From a virus, in IMG/VR virus record IMGVR_UViG_3300036985_003683, positions 23,019 through 87,018 of that record: a stretch of 64,000 nt of DNA. One strand, given 5' to 3'. Position numbers and translations under genes: made by a program. Below are positions 9,366 to 17,693 of this stretch, piece by piece. How positions within the stretch are numbered: position 1 is the stretch's first letter; every line of letters starts with the position of its first letter. The notes beneath the pieces were generated by a model, which saw nothing but the letters and a program-made list of their open reading frames with translations, was not told the DNA's origin and made no database searches.

Positions 9366-12001
9366 CTCTCAGCTTTCTTCTTGGCGATATACTCGTACAC
9401 TGTGGCAGTCATAGTCTTGTCGACTTCTTCCCAACGCTTCCCGACTTTCAGATCTACTGGGAAGGAGACGTTACCCAATTGTGGATAAGCACGTTCCATA
9501 CAGCTATGCATGATCCACGCGGCTTCGAGAACTTCAGTCGCGGGAGTCTCAACGTACAGGGCGTCATGGTGTGTAATGACTAGTCCAGAGAGCATCTTCT
9601 GAGACTTGTACCGCTGGTGCACCTCTGCAGTGGCAGCGGATAGAAGGTCAGAACCGGAACTCTGAACGCCAAAGTTCACAGCCTGTCTCTCCATTTCTTC
9701 GCGTTGGAACTTACACTGCCATACGAAGCTATCATTCCCACCCGAGTAGCGCTTCATGCGTGAAGGGTCGAAGAACTGGTATCCGTACAAGCGTCTCTTC
9801 CGTCCGAAGTTGTTGCTGACTTCACCCTTCTCGCGTAAGTCTCCATGTTTAGCATCGAAGTAGCGCTTCAGTCCCTTAAAGCGTGCGAAGTACTTGTTGA
9901 TGAACTCCTGTGCCTGAGCCTGGGAGACCTGAATTTCTTCAGCGAGACCGTATGCACTGATACCGTACACGATACCGAAGTTGATCGCCTTAGCTGCCCT
10001 TCTCTGTTGATCCGAAACCTCGTCGTATCCCACTCCGAAGGCTTCACCAGCTACCAGCCTGTGAATGTCACGTCCCGTTCTGAACGCTTCAAGCATGACC
10101 TCTTCTTGACAGACTGAGGCCACCACGCGAAGTTCCAACTGGCTATAGTCCGCTTGAAGTAGCCACCAACCCTCTGGTACTGTGAAGAGGAGTCGCAGCT
10201 GTGCGTACTCGGGGTCCTTGTCAGGATCGGGAATGTTGTGAATCGCAGGTTCTGATGTGGACAACCTACCCGTAACAACAGTATGCTGCTTGTAGGATGG
10301 ATACACTCTCCCAGTACGTTCTACCCAGAACTTGATCATGCCACCCTCGCCATCTTTTCCAGCGAGGTACGTACTGATCTTCTTCTGGCTCTTTCGTATC
10401 TCCATCATAGCCCCCACCACTGGATGTGAGGTAGCTTTCCACAGAGCAGCGAGGACCTCCACGTCGGTCGAAGGTGCTCCAGATGCTGTACGCTTGTTCA
10501 CAGGTAGGCCCAAACCTGGGACGTAAGCCTTTCCATCGATCCCCTTGCCGTCCCATCCTGGAGTGGAAGGTGGCGTAGGCGGATTGAAGAACGCTTGAAC
10601 GAGTTGTGCTGGAGACTGTAGGTTGATCTCCCGTCCGACTAACCTCCATACCTCCTGAGTGTGGGTAGCCTCTCGAACGCGTTCAGTGGCTTGCAACTCC
10701 TCCAAGAGGGTAGCGTCCAACACTATACCCCGGTACTCCATATCCACCAGCGCCCTATTCAAGGGCATAACGATCTGTTCGAAGAACTGTCGTAGTGGGA
10801 TAGGTTCCCAGACTCCCTCGTGGAAGTGATCAGTATACTCGTAATCGAGCTGTGCTGATAGCGCGTCCCCTACGCGAATCAGTGCGTCGGCATCGGCTCC
10901 AGAATACGTCCACAACATCTCCTCTGGAAAGTCAGCGTACGTGGTGAGTTTGTTGTTTGCCTTCCACTCTTTCAGTGCGTGAGAGTAGAGAGGCATATTC
11001 GTGTACACGCCCAGTAGGAAGTCCAACCCATGGGGAGTATTTTCCTGGAGGGTGTGATGGCAGAGCATCGTGTCGAAGGTGAACGAGTCCAGATTGAACT
11101 CCCAACCGTTGGACCTGATGAAGTTGATGTCGAAGATGCCGTTCTGTGCCCACTTGGGTGTAACACTGTTCCAGAACTCTTGCAGGATGGCCTTGACCTG
11201 AACGAACTCTTCCTCGGTCCAAATTCTACGCGCTTTATGTCCCAAGAAGGGAACAACAAAGCCCGTACCTGGATACGCACTGAACGAAGCGCACAAGATG
11301 TTCCAATCTGGAACCAAATTGAAGTCCCAGAAGTTGTACGAGGTAGTTTCCAAGTCGAAACCCACTCGAGGTTGAGTGAGTAGGTAATCTACCATGGACC
11401 TCAGATCTGCCAGGTTAGTTATCACCCGGTAGTCGCCCAACTTCTCTTCTGACCAACCCTCGCGAATCATCCTTCCCAACTTGCGGAAGTCCTCTAGGAT
11501 GATGGGATAGTCCTCCCAACGTCGGAACACTGTAGAGGGAGAACTCATACAGTAGACTGTGACTGGTTGGGGAAGAACGTGACCGTCAATTTCAGTGATG
11601 GGGAAGAATCTTCCCCGCATGTCTGTGATGCCAGTGGTACTCATGACCCCCTGAAGAGCGTCAGCACCCATAACAACTATGATCTTGGGTCGGACCAGAA
11701 CGACTTCGTCAATCAGATGAGGCCTACACGCCTTGTGGTGTTTTACTCCGATCGTCTTATTGGGTAATGGTCGACATCGAATGGAGCTGGTAACACGAAC
11801 CTGAGCACGTGTCAACCCAGCTTCGGCCAATAGGTCATTGAAGAGAAAACCAGCTTCACCCGCTAAGGGGAATCCATGATTCTCCTCGGCAGCTCCAGGT
11901 GGTGGACCCACAAAGAGAATATCACATGGAGCAGGTCCAACGCCCTCCATGCAATTCAACAACATAGACGAAGTGTGAAATTCACACGCGGTACACGTCA
12001 T
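9362..12001 (-). CDS. polA: Family A DNA polymerase with N-terminal UDG-family-4-like domain and 3'-5' exonuclease
   Basis: CTAC/CRP Fe-S motifs; exonuclease FDLET, QNGIFD, YSGADAD; polymerase TGRLS, ADYSQLELR, KAINFGIVYG, HHDAL. Confidence 0.93.
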   Translation of the reverse strand: MTCTACEFHTSSMLLNCMEGVGPAPCDILFVGPPPGAAEENHGFPLAGEAGFLFNDLLAEAGLTRAQVRVTSSIRCRPLPNKTIGVKHHKACRPHLIDEVVLVRPKIIVVMGADALQGVMSTTGITDMRGRFFPITEIDGHVLPQPVTVYCMSSPSTVFRRWEDYPIILEDFRKLGRMIREGWSEEKLGDYRVITNLADLRSMVDYLLTQPRVGFDLETTSYNFWDFNLVPDWNILCASFSAYPGTGFVVPFLGHKARRIWTEEEFVQVKAILQEFWNSVTPKWAQNGIFDINFIRSNGWEFNLDSFTFDTMLCHHTLQENTPHGLDFLLGVYTNMPLYSHALKEWKANNKLTTYADFPEEMLWTYSGADADALIRVGDALSAQLDYEYTDHFHEGVWEPIPLRQFFEQIVMPLNRALVDMEYRGIVLDATLLEELQATERVREATHTQEVWRLVGREINLQSPAQLVQAFFNPPTPPSTPGWDGKGIDGKAYVPGLGLPVNKRTASGAPSTDVEVLAALWKATSHPVVGAMMEIRKSQKKISTYLAGKDGEGGMIKFWVERTGRVYPSYKQHTVVTGRLSTSEPAIHNIPDPDKDPEYAQLRLLFTVPEGWWLLQADYSQLELRVVASVCQEEVMLEAFRTGRDIHRLVAGEAFGVGYDEVSDQQRRAAKAINFGIVYGISAYGLAEEIQVSQAQAQEFINKYFARFKGLKRYFDAKHGDLREKGEVSNNFGRKRRLYGYQFFDPSRMKRYSGGNDSFVWQCKFQREEMERQAVNFGVQSSGSDLLSAATAEVHQRYKSQKMLSGLVITHHDALYVETPATEVLEAAWIMHSCMERAYPQLGNVSFPVDLKVGKRWEEVDKTMTATVYEYIAKKKAER

Positions 12002-12003
12002 AC

Positions 12004-12327
12004 CTAGACTCCCAAAATGACCTTCATTACACGTTGCAAGTCAGTGGACAACTCTACGTTAACGTTGTCATCACTAAACTTCTTGCCCGTGTATATTGTA
12101 CCGATTACAGCACCGCGATCTTTTGAGTACTTGACGTCACGAACGCTCCCACAACTCACACCGTACATGTCGAGTAGGGGAATTGATGATGGTGTACGTA
12201 ATGCCACCATGCCTAGTGCATCTTCCCCTAGGCCGTGTGTATTGAGTGGGATCAACACAGTAAGTGTAGCCACTTCTGCATCTTCTCCTGTATGCCAAAC
12301 TGTCACCGGATCCCATTCACTAGCCAT
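12004..12327 (-). CDS. Hypothetical protein
   Basis: Tiles between neighbours and has GGAGG upstream. Confidence 0.55.
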   Translation of the reverse strand: MASEWDPVTVWHTGEDAEVATLTVLIPLNTHGLGEDALGMVALRTPSSIPLLDMYGVSCGSVRDVKYSKDRGAVIGTIYTGKKFSDDNVNVELSTDLQRVMKVILGV

Positions 12328-13408
12328 CTAGTACCTCCAACATCTTAGTAAGGGTGTGCCCAAAGTCTACAAGGGACATGATCAAGTGTGGAGTGAGTAT
12401 GATCCAAGGACCAAAGTGATTCACAAGGATGCCCGCCTTGCGCAACTCCAGAGCTGCCCTGGTGGCATCTCCTACGTGGATGTGTATCATACTTCCAGTG
12501 ACGCGTACATTCCAATCCTTGAATGTCTCAATGACCAACATTCCCATATTGTAGGAGCGTTGAGCTAGGCACAACTCACTACCGTGCCCCTGCTTGATGG
12601 TTTCAATCACATTGAGACCTACCTGAGCTGCCCTTGGACTGATCGAAGGCCACCCGCGCGGTGGTTTGTAGCAGTCTTCATACCCTGACGCATGGCCTAG
12701 GGCACATAGTGGGAGGCCCTGGCCTAGTGACTCTGACGCTATCACGATATCCGCGTGGTGGTGGGCCCCTGAAATGAAGCCTGTGATCCCGCATCGTGCA
12801 AATGACGTGGCACTCTCATCTACGATGACAAATGCCCCGATCTGTTCCGACAGGGACTTGATACGTTCCATCACTTCGTAACCAAGGGCAAGTCCCGTGC
12901 GTCTCTGCACCGGCTCATAGATGATCGCATCGTACTCTCTGAGTAAGATGTCGGGTACTATATCCCCAGTTAATATATCCGGAGATAGGGGGCAGGTTTG
13001 GAATGGTGCTCTGAAATGGGCGTTTGGTTCTGAGAACTGCTCAGTAGTAATACTCCCCCCATGCTCCCCATCGTCCACATAGATCACGCGACGCGCTAGT
13101 GCTCCCACAAGTTGTTCGCGGAAAGCAAAAACGCACCGAAGAGCCATTTCGACTGCTTCGGTGCGTGAATGTGTGAAACGCCAAGTGTTCATCTGTGGAT
13201 ACAGATCACACATGGCTCCTTGTAAACGTTCGACATGCCTGTGTCCAAGTGGACCACAGTGAATGGGAGCTTCAGATACGAGAGCTCCAGGCCAGTTATG
13301 ACCTAGAGAAATCTCACCAGCGTTACCACCAGCCAGGTCGATGATAACAGTACCATCTTCCAGTCTATAACTCCAACCCCGGGCGGAGAAGGTATTTTGA
13401 GTAAGCAC
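12320..13408 (-). CDS. Class III PLP aminotransferase-like protein (degenerate)
   Basis: IDLAGG..SLGHN, TEAVEMALR, HG, YEPVQ, VDESATSFARCG, DIVIASESLGQGLP. Confidence 0.75.
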   Translation of the reverse strand: MLTQNTFSARGWSYRLEDGTVIIDLAGGNAGEISLGHNWPGALVSEAPIHCGPLGHRHVERLQGAMCDLYPQMNTWRFTHSRTEAVEMALRCVFAFREQLVGALARRVIYVDDGEHGGSITTEQFSEPNAHFRAPFQTCPLSPDILTGDIVPDILLREYDAIIYEPVQRRTGLALGYEVMERIKSLSEQIGAFVIVDESATSFARCGITGFISGAHHHADIVIASESLGQGLPLCALGHASGYEDCYKPPRGWPSISPRAAQVGLNVIETIKQGHGSELCLAQRSYNMGMLVIETFKDWNVRVTGSMIHIHVGDATRAALELRKAGILVNHFGPWIILTPHLIMSLVDFGHTLTKMLEVLDG

Positions 13409-13411
13409 AGA

Positions 13412-14395
13412 TTACGCTTCCTTGAGAGATGACAGTCTGTCCAATGACTCCCATGACATGGAGTTCTCAACACCTCTGCACAGTTCCAAGAACCTACATA
13501 CGTTGTTAGCGATCAGGGCGCGTTCTGCCCTCACCAGTTCGCCTCCAAAGTTCATCTTGAAGTGAGGCTTGACAGAGCCCATATGCAGAGGCCTTCCCTC
13601 GACTCCCAATTGCACTGCGAAGGAGGTGTCGATGCTTCTGATCAGGGGATGGATTCTGTAGTGAGGGATGGCCTTGGGCGATCGCAGTCCCAGCAGGTGG
13701 ATAGGCTTCTTCAATGGCCCGCGGTGTATGAACTCGAAACGTGCGTCCCCTGTCAGACTGAGATCTGCTGAAACTCCCAATCCACCCGAGAGTAGATTGA
13801 TCAGAGCCAAACGGGCTGTCTCGGATTCATCACCAATTCCAAAGTCGGTCAACACGCCGCGCATGTCGTGTGGAATCTCACAATAGGAGACTCCGATGAC
13901 ATCCACTCGTGGATTCTCTTCCATCCACTGAAAGCAGTACAACCATTCGCGAAGGGACTTGCCCTGCACCACTCCTTGTATCGCAAATGGAAAGTCGTCA
14001 GACATTTCCAAGAAGGTTTCCATCCCGTGAATGGTGCGTTCCATGTCGTTCAGAAAGTCTGTTGGAATGACTTCGTCGGCGTCCAACGTGGTAGCGATGT
14101 CGAGCAACTTACGATTGGTAGGCGGATTCTGTGGGTCCTCGAAAATGCCCGAGTCCACTACGCGGTACCGGTGAGGAGGTCGCTCAGCTACGAACATTTC
14201 GCGATACTTAACATCGCGAATGGCAGTGAGTCCAATGAGGAAATCGAAATCAGTGAACTCGTTCACTACGCTGTGTACACACAGTGGGTACTCAGCAGCT
14301 ACCTTGAGTGTGCGCGAATCGCAAGGCATCACTCGGACTTTAGACGTCATTATCAGTTCTCTCCCTGTTCCAAATTTCTTGACCCAATAGGCCAT
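13412..14395 (-). CDS. TGT-fold DNA 7-deazaguanine transglycosylase (DpdA-like)
   Basis: VDSGIFE, IPTD, VVQG, IHLLG, RSIDTS motifs of the TGT/DpdA fold; located in the folE/queD cluster. Confidence 0.65.
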   Translation of the reverse strand: MAYWVKKFGTGRELIMTSKVRVMPCDSRTLKVAAEYPLCVHSVVNEFTDFDFLIGLTAIRDVKYREMFVAERPPHRYRVVDSGIFEDPQNPPTNRKLLDIATTLDADEVIPTDFLNDMERTIHGMETFLEMSDDFPFAIQGVVQGKSLREWLYCFQWMEENPRVDVIGVSYCEIPHDMRGVLTDFGIGDESETARLALINLLSGGLGVSADLSLTGDARFEFIHRGPLKKPIHLLGLRSPKAIPHYRIHPLIRSIDTSFAVQLGVEGRPLHMGSVKPHFKMNFGGELVRAERALIANNVCRFLELCRGVENSMSWESLDRLSSLKEA

Positions 14396-14666
14396 ACCCA
14401 GCCAAATCTGAATACGGATTCTCTTCGTCCACTCTACGGTTGGGGCTAGCGATCCTCACCATCTTGTCAAACATGCGAGCCAAGAGTAACGCGTGATTGT
14501 AATCGGCACCTGACATACCCTGGGGGTACAGCAAGCGTAGGAACTCCCCAGTAAGAGCAAAGGCTTCTCCATACTGGACGTTCTTGACATCTACCAATTG
14601 GCCAATTTCAACTGCAAGCTTTTCGAATGGACCTGGATCGCGCTCGTTGGTCATACCACACCCCAA
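14340..14666 (-). CDS. Nucleotide-modification-associated (Nmad1/DUF1599-like) helical protein
   Basis: KNVQYGEAF...DKMVRI...ENPYSDLAGYGLL. Confidence 0.6.
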   Translation of the reverse strand: MGCGMTNERDPGPFEKLAVEIGQLVDVKNVQYGEAFALTGEFLRLLYPQGMSGADYNHALLLARMFDKMVRIASPNRRVDEENPYSDLAGYGLLGQEIWNRERTDNDV

Positions 14667-14688
14667 TAAGTTGGACGCTACCTAAATT

Positions 14689-15306
14689 CTACCGTGAAGT
14701 CAACTCAACAATCTTGAAGAATTCATCCTTCAAGGTGGTCTCAGACAGCATCTTACCCCGCATAGCGGACGTGGTGGTGTTGTGCCCTGGAGACTTAACT
14801 CCCCGCATAGACATACAGAGATGTTCACCACTCATCACAACGGCGACCGCTGCTGGGTTCAGCTTCTCCACAAGCAAGTCTGCGATCTCCTCAGTGAGGC
14901 GCTCTTGAACTTGCAATTTGGCAGAGAGGTGTTGCACTGTTCGAGCTAACTTGGACAGTCCACACAACTTATCACTGGGCAGGTATCCAATGTGACACTT
15001 CCCGAAGAAGGGCACCATGTGATGGGAACACAGCGAGTAGTATGTGATCCCCGTGGTCACAACAAGTGAAGGTTCTGCCCCCTCATCAAGTGGAAATGTG
15101 GTGAAGTTGAAATCGGGCTCCTTGTACCCCCGAAGCAGTTCGTGATACATCTTGGCGACACGTTTAGGCGTATCCACAAAATGTGAATCCTCTACGGGAG
15201 CTCCGCACCTCTGCATGAACTCTCGGAACAGAGCCTCGGTATCAACGTGTGCGAGTTCAGGATTCGAGCGGGATATGGCTGGCATGTCTGGACCTTTTGT
15301 AAACAC
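14689..15306 (-). CDS. folE: GTP cyclohydrolase I
   Basis: DTPKRVAKMY, SLCSHHMVPFFG, GLSKLAR, QVQERLT, HLCMSMRG. Confidence 0.96.
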   Translation of the reverse strand: MFTKGPDMPAISRSNPELAHVDTEALFREFMQRCGAPVEDSHFVDTPKRVAKMYHELLRGYKEPDFNFTTFPLDEGAEPSLVVTTGITYYSLCSHHMVPFFGKCHIGYLPSDKLCGLSKLARTVQHLSAKLQVQERLTEEIADLLVEKLNPAAVAVVMSGEHLCMSMRGVKSPGHNTTTSAMRGKMLSETTLKDEFFKIVELTSR

Positions 15307-15868
15307 ATACTGAGACGTGGGGTTCGAATTCCCAATCGCGTTTAGAGATCAACGTGACGTTATTCGCAGTTGCCCAAGACTCAAAGGAGTTGCGGAAATT
15401 GAAATTAGGAAAGTCACTTGGACTTTCCGACTCTAGGAGGAACAAGTATGCCCAATGTGACTCCTGTAGGAGTTGTAAGTGGGCTGGGAAGTTCTCAGGG
15501 GGAATGTGCTGCATTACGTAGCACGAGAGAACAGCGGTTACGTCGAAGGGAGTGCCGTAGGGAAGAACCTCCAATGGTGTTGTACACGCTTGTGGCATGT
15601 TGATGTTGCGGTCTATGGATATGACGTGAAAGCGCGTACTCAGGGGCTGTGATACCCGTCCCACGCCACACCCCAAATCTGCTACTCGTCTTCCCTCACT
15701 AACGTACACAGAAATCAGGTCCATGATGGCACGAGGTTCGTCATACCATTTGCGGAGGGTCATCAGTCCACCTGTGGAGGCAGCGTGGGCTTCTTCCCCT
15801 TCCAAGTTGGCCCAATCAGTGACGGTCTTCATAGAGAGACTTCCGCGAAGCAGTTTTCTGTCTCCCAC
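15257..15868 (-). CDS. Class I SAM-dependent methyltransferase
   Basis: VADLGCGVGR, VMQHIP; sits between queD and folE. Confidence 0.75.
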   Translation of the reverse strand: MGDRKLLRGSLSMKTVTDWANLEGEEAHAASTGGLMTLRKWYDEPRAIMDLISVYVSEGRRVADLGCGVGRVSQPLSTRFHVISIDRNINMPQACTTPLEVLPYGTPFDVTAVLSCYVMQHIPPENFPAHLQLLQESHWAYLFLLESESPSDFPNFNFRNSFESWATANNVTLISKRDWEFEPHVSVCVYKRSRHASHIPLES

Positions 15869-16269
15869 AGTGTAACCTTCACTATGGTGATATCACAATC
15901 TGCGAATACGTGTGGACACACACTCGTCAGTAGGAACTTTGCCATGTTCTCGGCAGTGGGGTTGTCTGGGAGTACAAAGTACTTCTGATTAACTGCATCG
16001 CCATGTGTCCACACAGTCACCAGAGGATCGTTCTGGAAGAGGATCATTCCATGATCCCAATTGTCATCGATCCACCGACCGAGTTTCTCCTTGATTACAC
16101 CGAAATCGATGATTCTGCCCAGGGTGTCCAATTCTGGAGCGTATGCTTCCACGAGTAGGACATAGTTGTGTCCGTGTAGGTTGTTACACTTGCTTTCGTG
16201 CAGGTGTACACGATGCCCCGAACAGAACTGGAATCGACGTGTGCAGGAGATTCTAGGACTTTTTACCAC
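15829..16269 (-). CDS. queD: 6-carboxytetrahydropterin synthase
   Basis: CSGHRV, CNNLHGHNY, IDFG, WDH, NPTAEN, WETEN. Start moved to GTG 16269 after GAGG. Confidence 0.93.
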   Translation of the reverse strand: MVKSPRISCTRRFQFCSGHRVHLHESKCNNLHGHNYVLLVEAYAPELDTLGRIIDFGVIKEKLGRWIDDNWDHGMILFQNDPLVTVWTHGDAVNQKYFVLPDNPTAENMAKFLLTSVCPHVFADCDITIVKVTLWETENCFAEVSL

Positions 16270-16377
16270 TGTGTCCTCACTTTTAAGCGTTTTATACCAA
16301 CGTATACAGTTGGTTGAAATTCGAGCAACATTAAATACCCGCCACGAGGCACCAAAGATCCTCGATAATGCAGACAA

Positions 16378-16408
16378 AAGGGCGACTGACACATAGTCAG
16401 TCGCCCTT
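16378..16408 (-). terminator. Rho-independent terminator after the sigma-like gene
   Basis: 13-bp stem AAGGGCGACTGAC/GTCAGTCGCCCTT with Ts downstream on minus. Confidence 0.8.
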
Positions 16409-16448
16409 GATTGTGATTCAGATTAGAATCGCAGTCGCCGAGTAGGGA

Positions 16449-17594
16449 CTAAGCAGCTCGCAGAGCGAGGTGGTAGTGCTTCTTGCCTTCAACTTCAGTG
16501 CAGATGAGTTCGTTGCTGGCGATAAGCGCTTCAACAGCACCTTCCTTGAGCGAATGACGTCGGACTGAAACTTCCTTGGTCGCTTCGCCGTCAACAACAT
16601 TTTCCTTGACTGCAGAGTGATCTTCCAAGTGACCCTTGGCACGAAGTGCAACGATCAGATCGGCAGCGCGAGTACCCTTGTTGGCTGGAAACTCGTTCGC
16701 AATACTCTGTGCGAGTTCTTCGCGTGAATGTGGACCGGACATCAGCTTTTCGAAAGCGACGTCCATCATGGTTCGGCGTACCTTCTTCTCAGCTGGTACA
16801 GTTGGTGCGGCAGTTGCTGGCGCGTCAGACATGGCAGTATTCCTCAACATAAAACTTCTTGGAACTCCTGAAGGAACTGTTCCTCCAGTTTCTATGCGCA
16901 CTTTGGAGCACGCGTCAAAATCAACACAGGCATTACACTCTGAAGCAGCTCCGTTTGGATGTAACCCAAAGCAGTCGTTCTCAATCACGCCTGTTTCTCC
17001 TTTGCTCGCATTATTATACCGCAAGCCTGAAAGTTTTTCCTGAATCTCTGCATTTGCAAGAAGTACTGTGTCGTACGGCACTGATAACAGTGGTGCGATC
17101 TTGGTCAATGGTACCCGCTGGGGATAGCTGCACCATCGTACGTCTAGAATGACGCGCGCTACTGGCGACAGTACCCTCCACAGCTCTGTGTACAGTATGT
17201 CAGCTGCCTGTTCATCTGCAAGTACTTCAGCAGCGTCACTGATTGGCTGATCTGGATACTCGGACACAAACGTAACGTGCCTGGCTTGCGTAGCACTAGC
17301 AGCGCCCATGTCCCTATACCAATTGAACAGTGACGTAATCAAGTACGTCTTGAAGGTAGCCTTCCCCCTAGGGCCTACTCGCGTAGGGTCGTACTTCCCT
17401 GGGGTGTCCAAAAAGCCTGCGCATGATAGTAAGCACATGAACCCTTCTTGAAGAAGGTCATCGTACTCGTAAGACGCACACCAAGAGGACTTAGCTCGAC
17501 TTGCTGAAATCCTGATGGTCTCTCCATATTCCTGATACAAACGCGTAGACTCCTGTGTCTGCTCGTCTGTCAACTTAACGGCGGTCTTCACCAC
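16449..17594 (-). CDS. Sigma-70-family sigma factor with a long C-terminal extension
   Basis: Region 2 DDLLQEG..YDP..TFKTY, region 4 LSPVARVIL..IAPLL, then a Cys cluster and about 130 extra residues. Confidence 0.7.
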   Translation of the reverse strand: MVKTAVKLTDEQTQESTRLYQEYGETIRISASRAKSSWCASYEYDDLLQEGFMCLLSCAGFLDTPGKYDPTRVGPRGKATFKTYLITSLFNWYRDMGAASATQARHVTFVSEYPDQPISDAAEVLADEQAADILYTELWRVLSPVARVILDVRWCSYPQRVPLTKIAPLLSVPYDTVLLANAEIQEKLSGLRYNNASKGETGVIENDCFGLHPNGAASECNACVDFDACSKVRIETGGTVPSGVPRSFMLRNTAMSDAPATAAPTVPAEKKVRRTMMDVAFEKLMSGPHSREELAQSIANEFPANKGTRAADLIVALRAKGHLEDHSAVKENVVDGEATKEVSVRRHSLKEGAVEALIASNELICTEVEGKKHYHLALRAA

Positions 17595-17638
17595 TTTCTC
17601 CTACTTTCGAGTTTGAAAATTACCTTCCACGACATTCT

Positions 17639-17667
17639 ATTATAATGAACTTTACCTCCGATTTCAA
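17639..17667 (-). promoter_or_regulatory. Canonical sigma70-type promoter of the sigma-like gene
   Basis: TTGAAA-N17-TATAAT on minus, about 45 bp upstream of the start. Confidence 0.8.
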
Positions 17668-17693
17668 GGGTTTAACCTCTAAAAAATGAATTT

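Noticed and set aside
1211-16392. ORF-track N-terminal extensions of recA (to 1363), the 1288 gene (to 2322) and queD (to 16392)
   Set aside because: The extensions run through hairpins/terminators and promoter motifs; better RBS-linked starts lie downstream.
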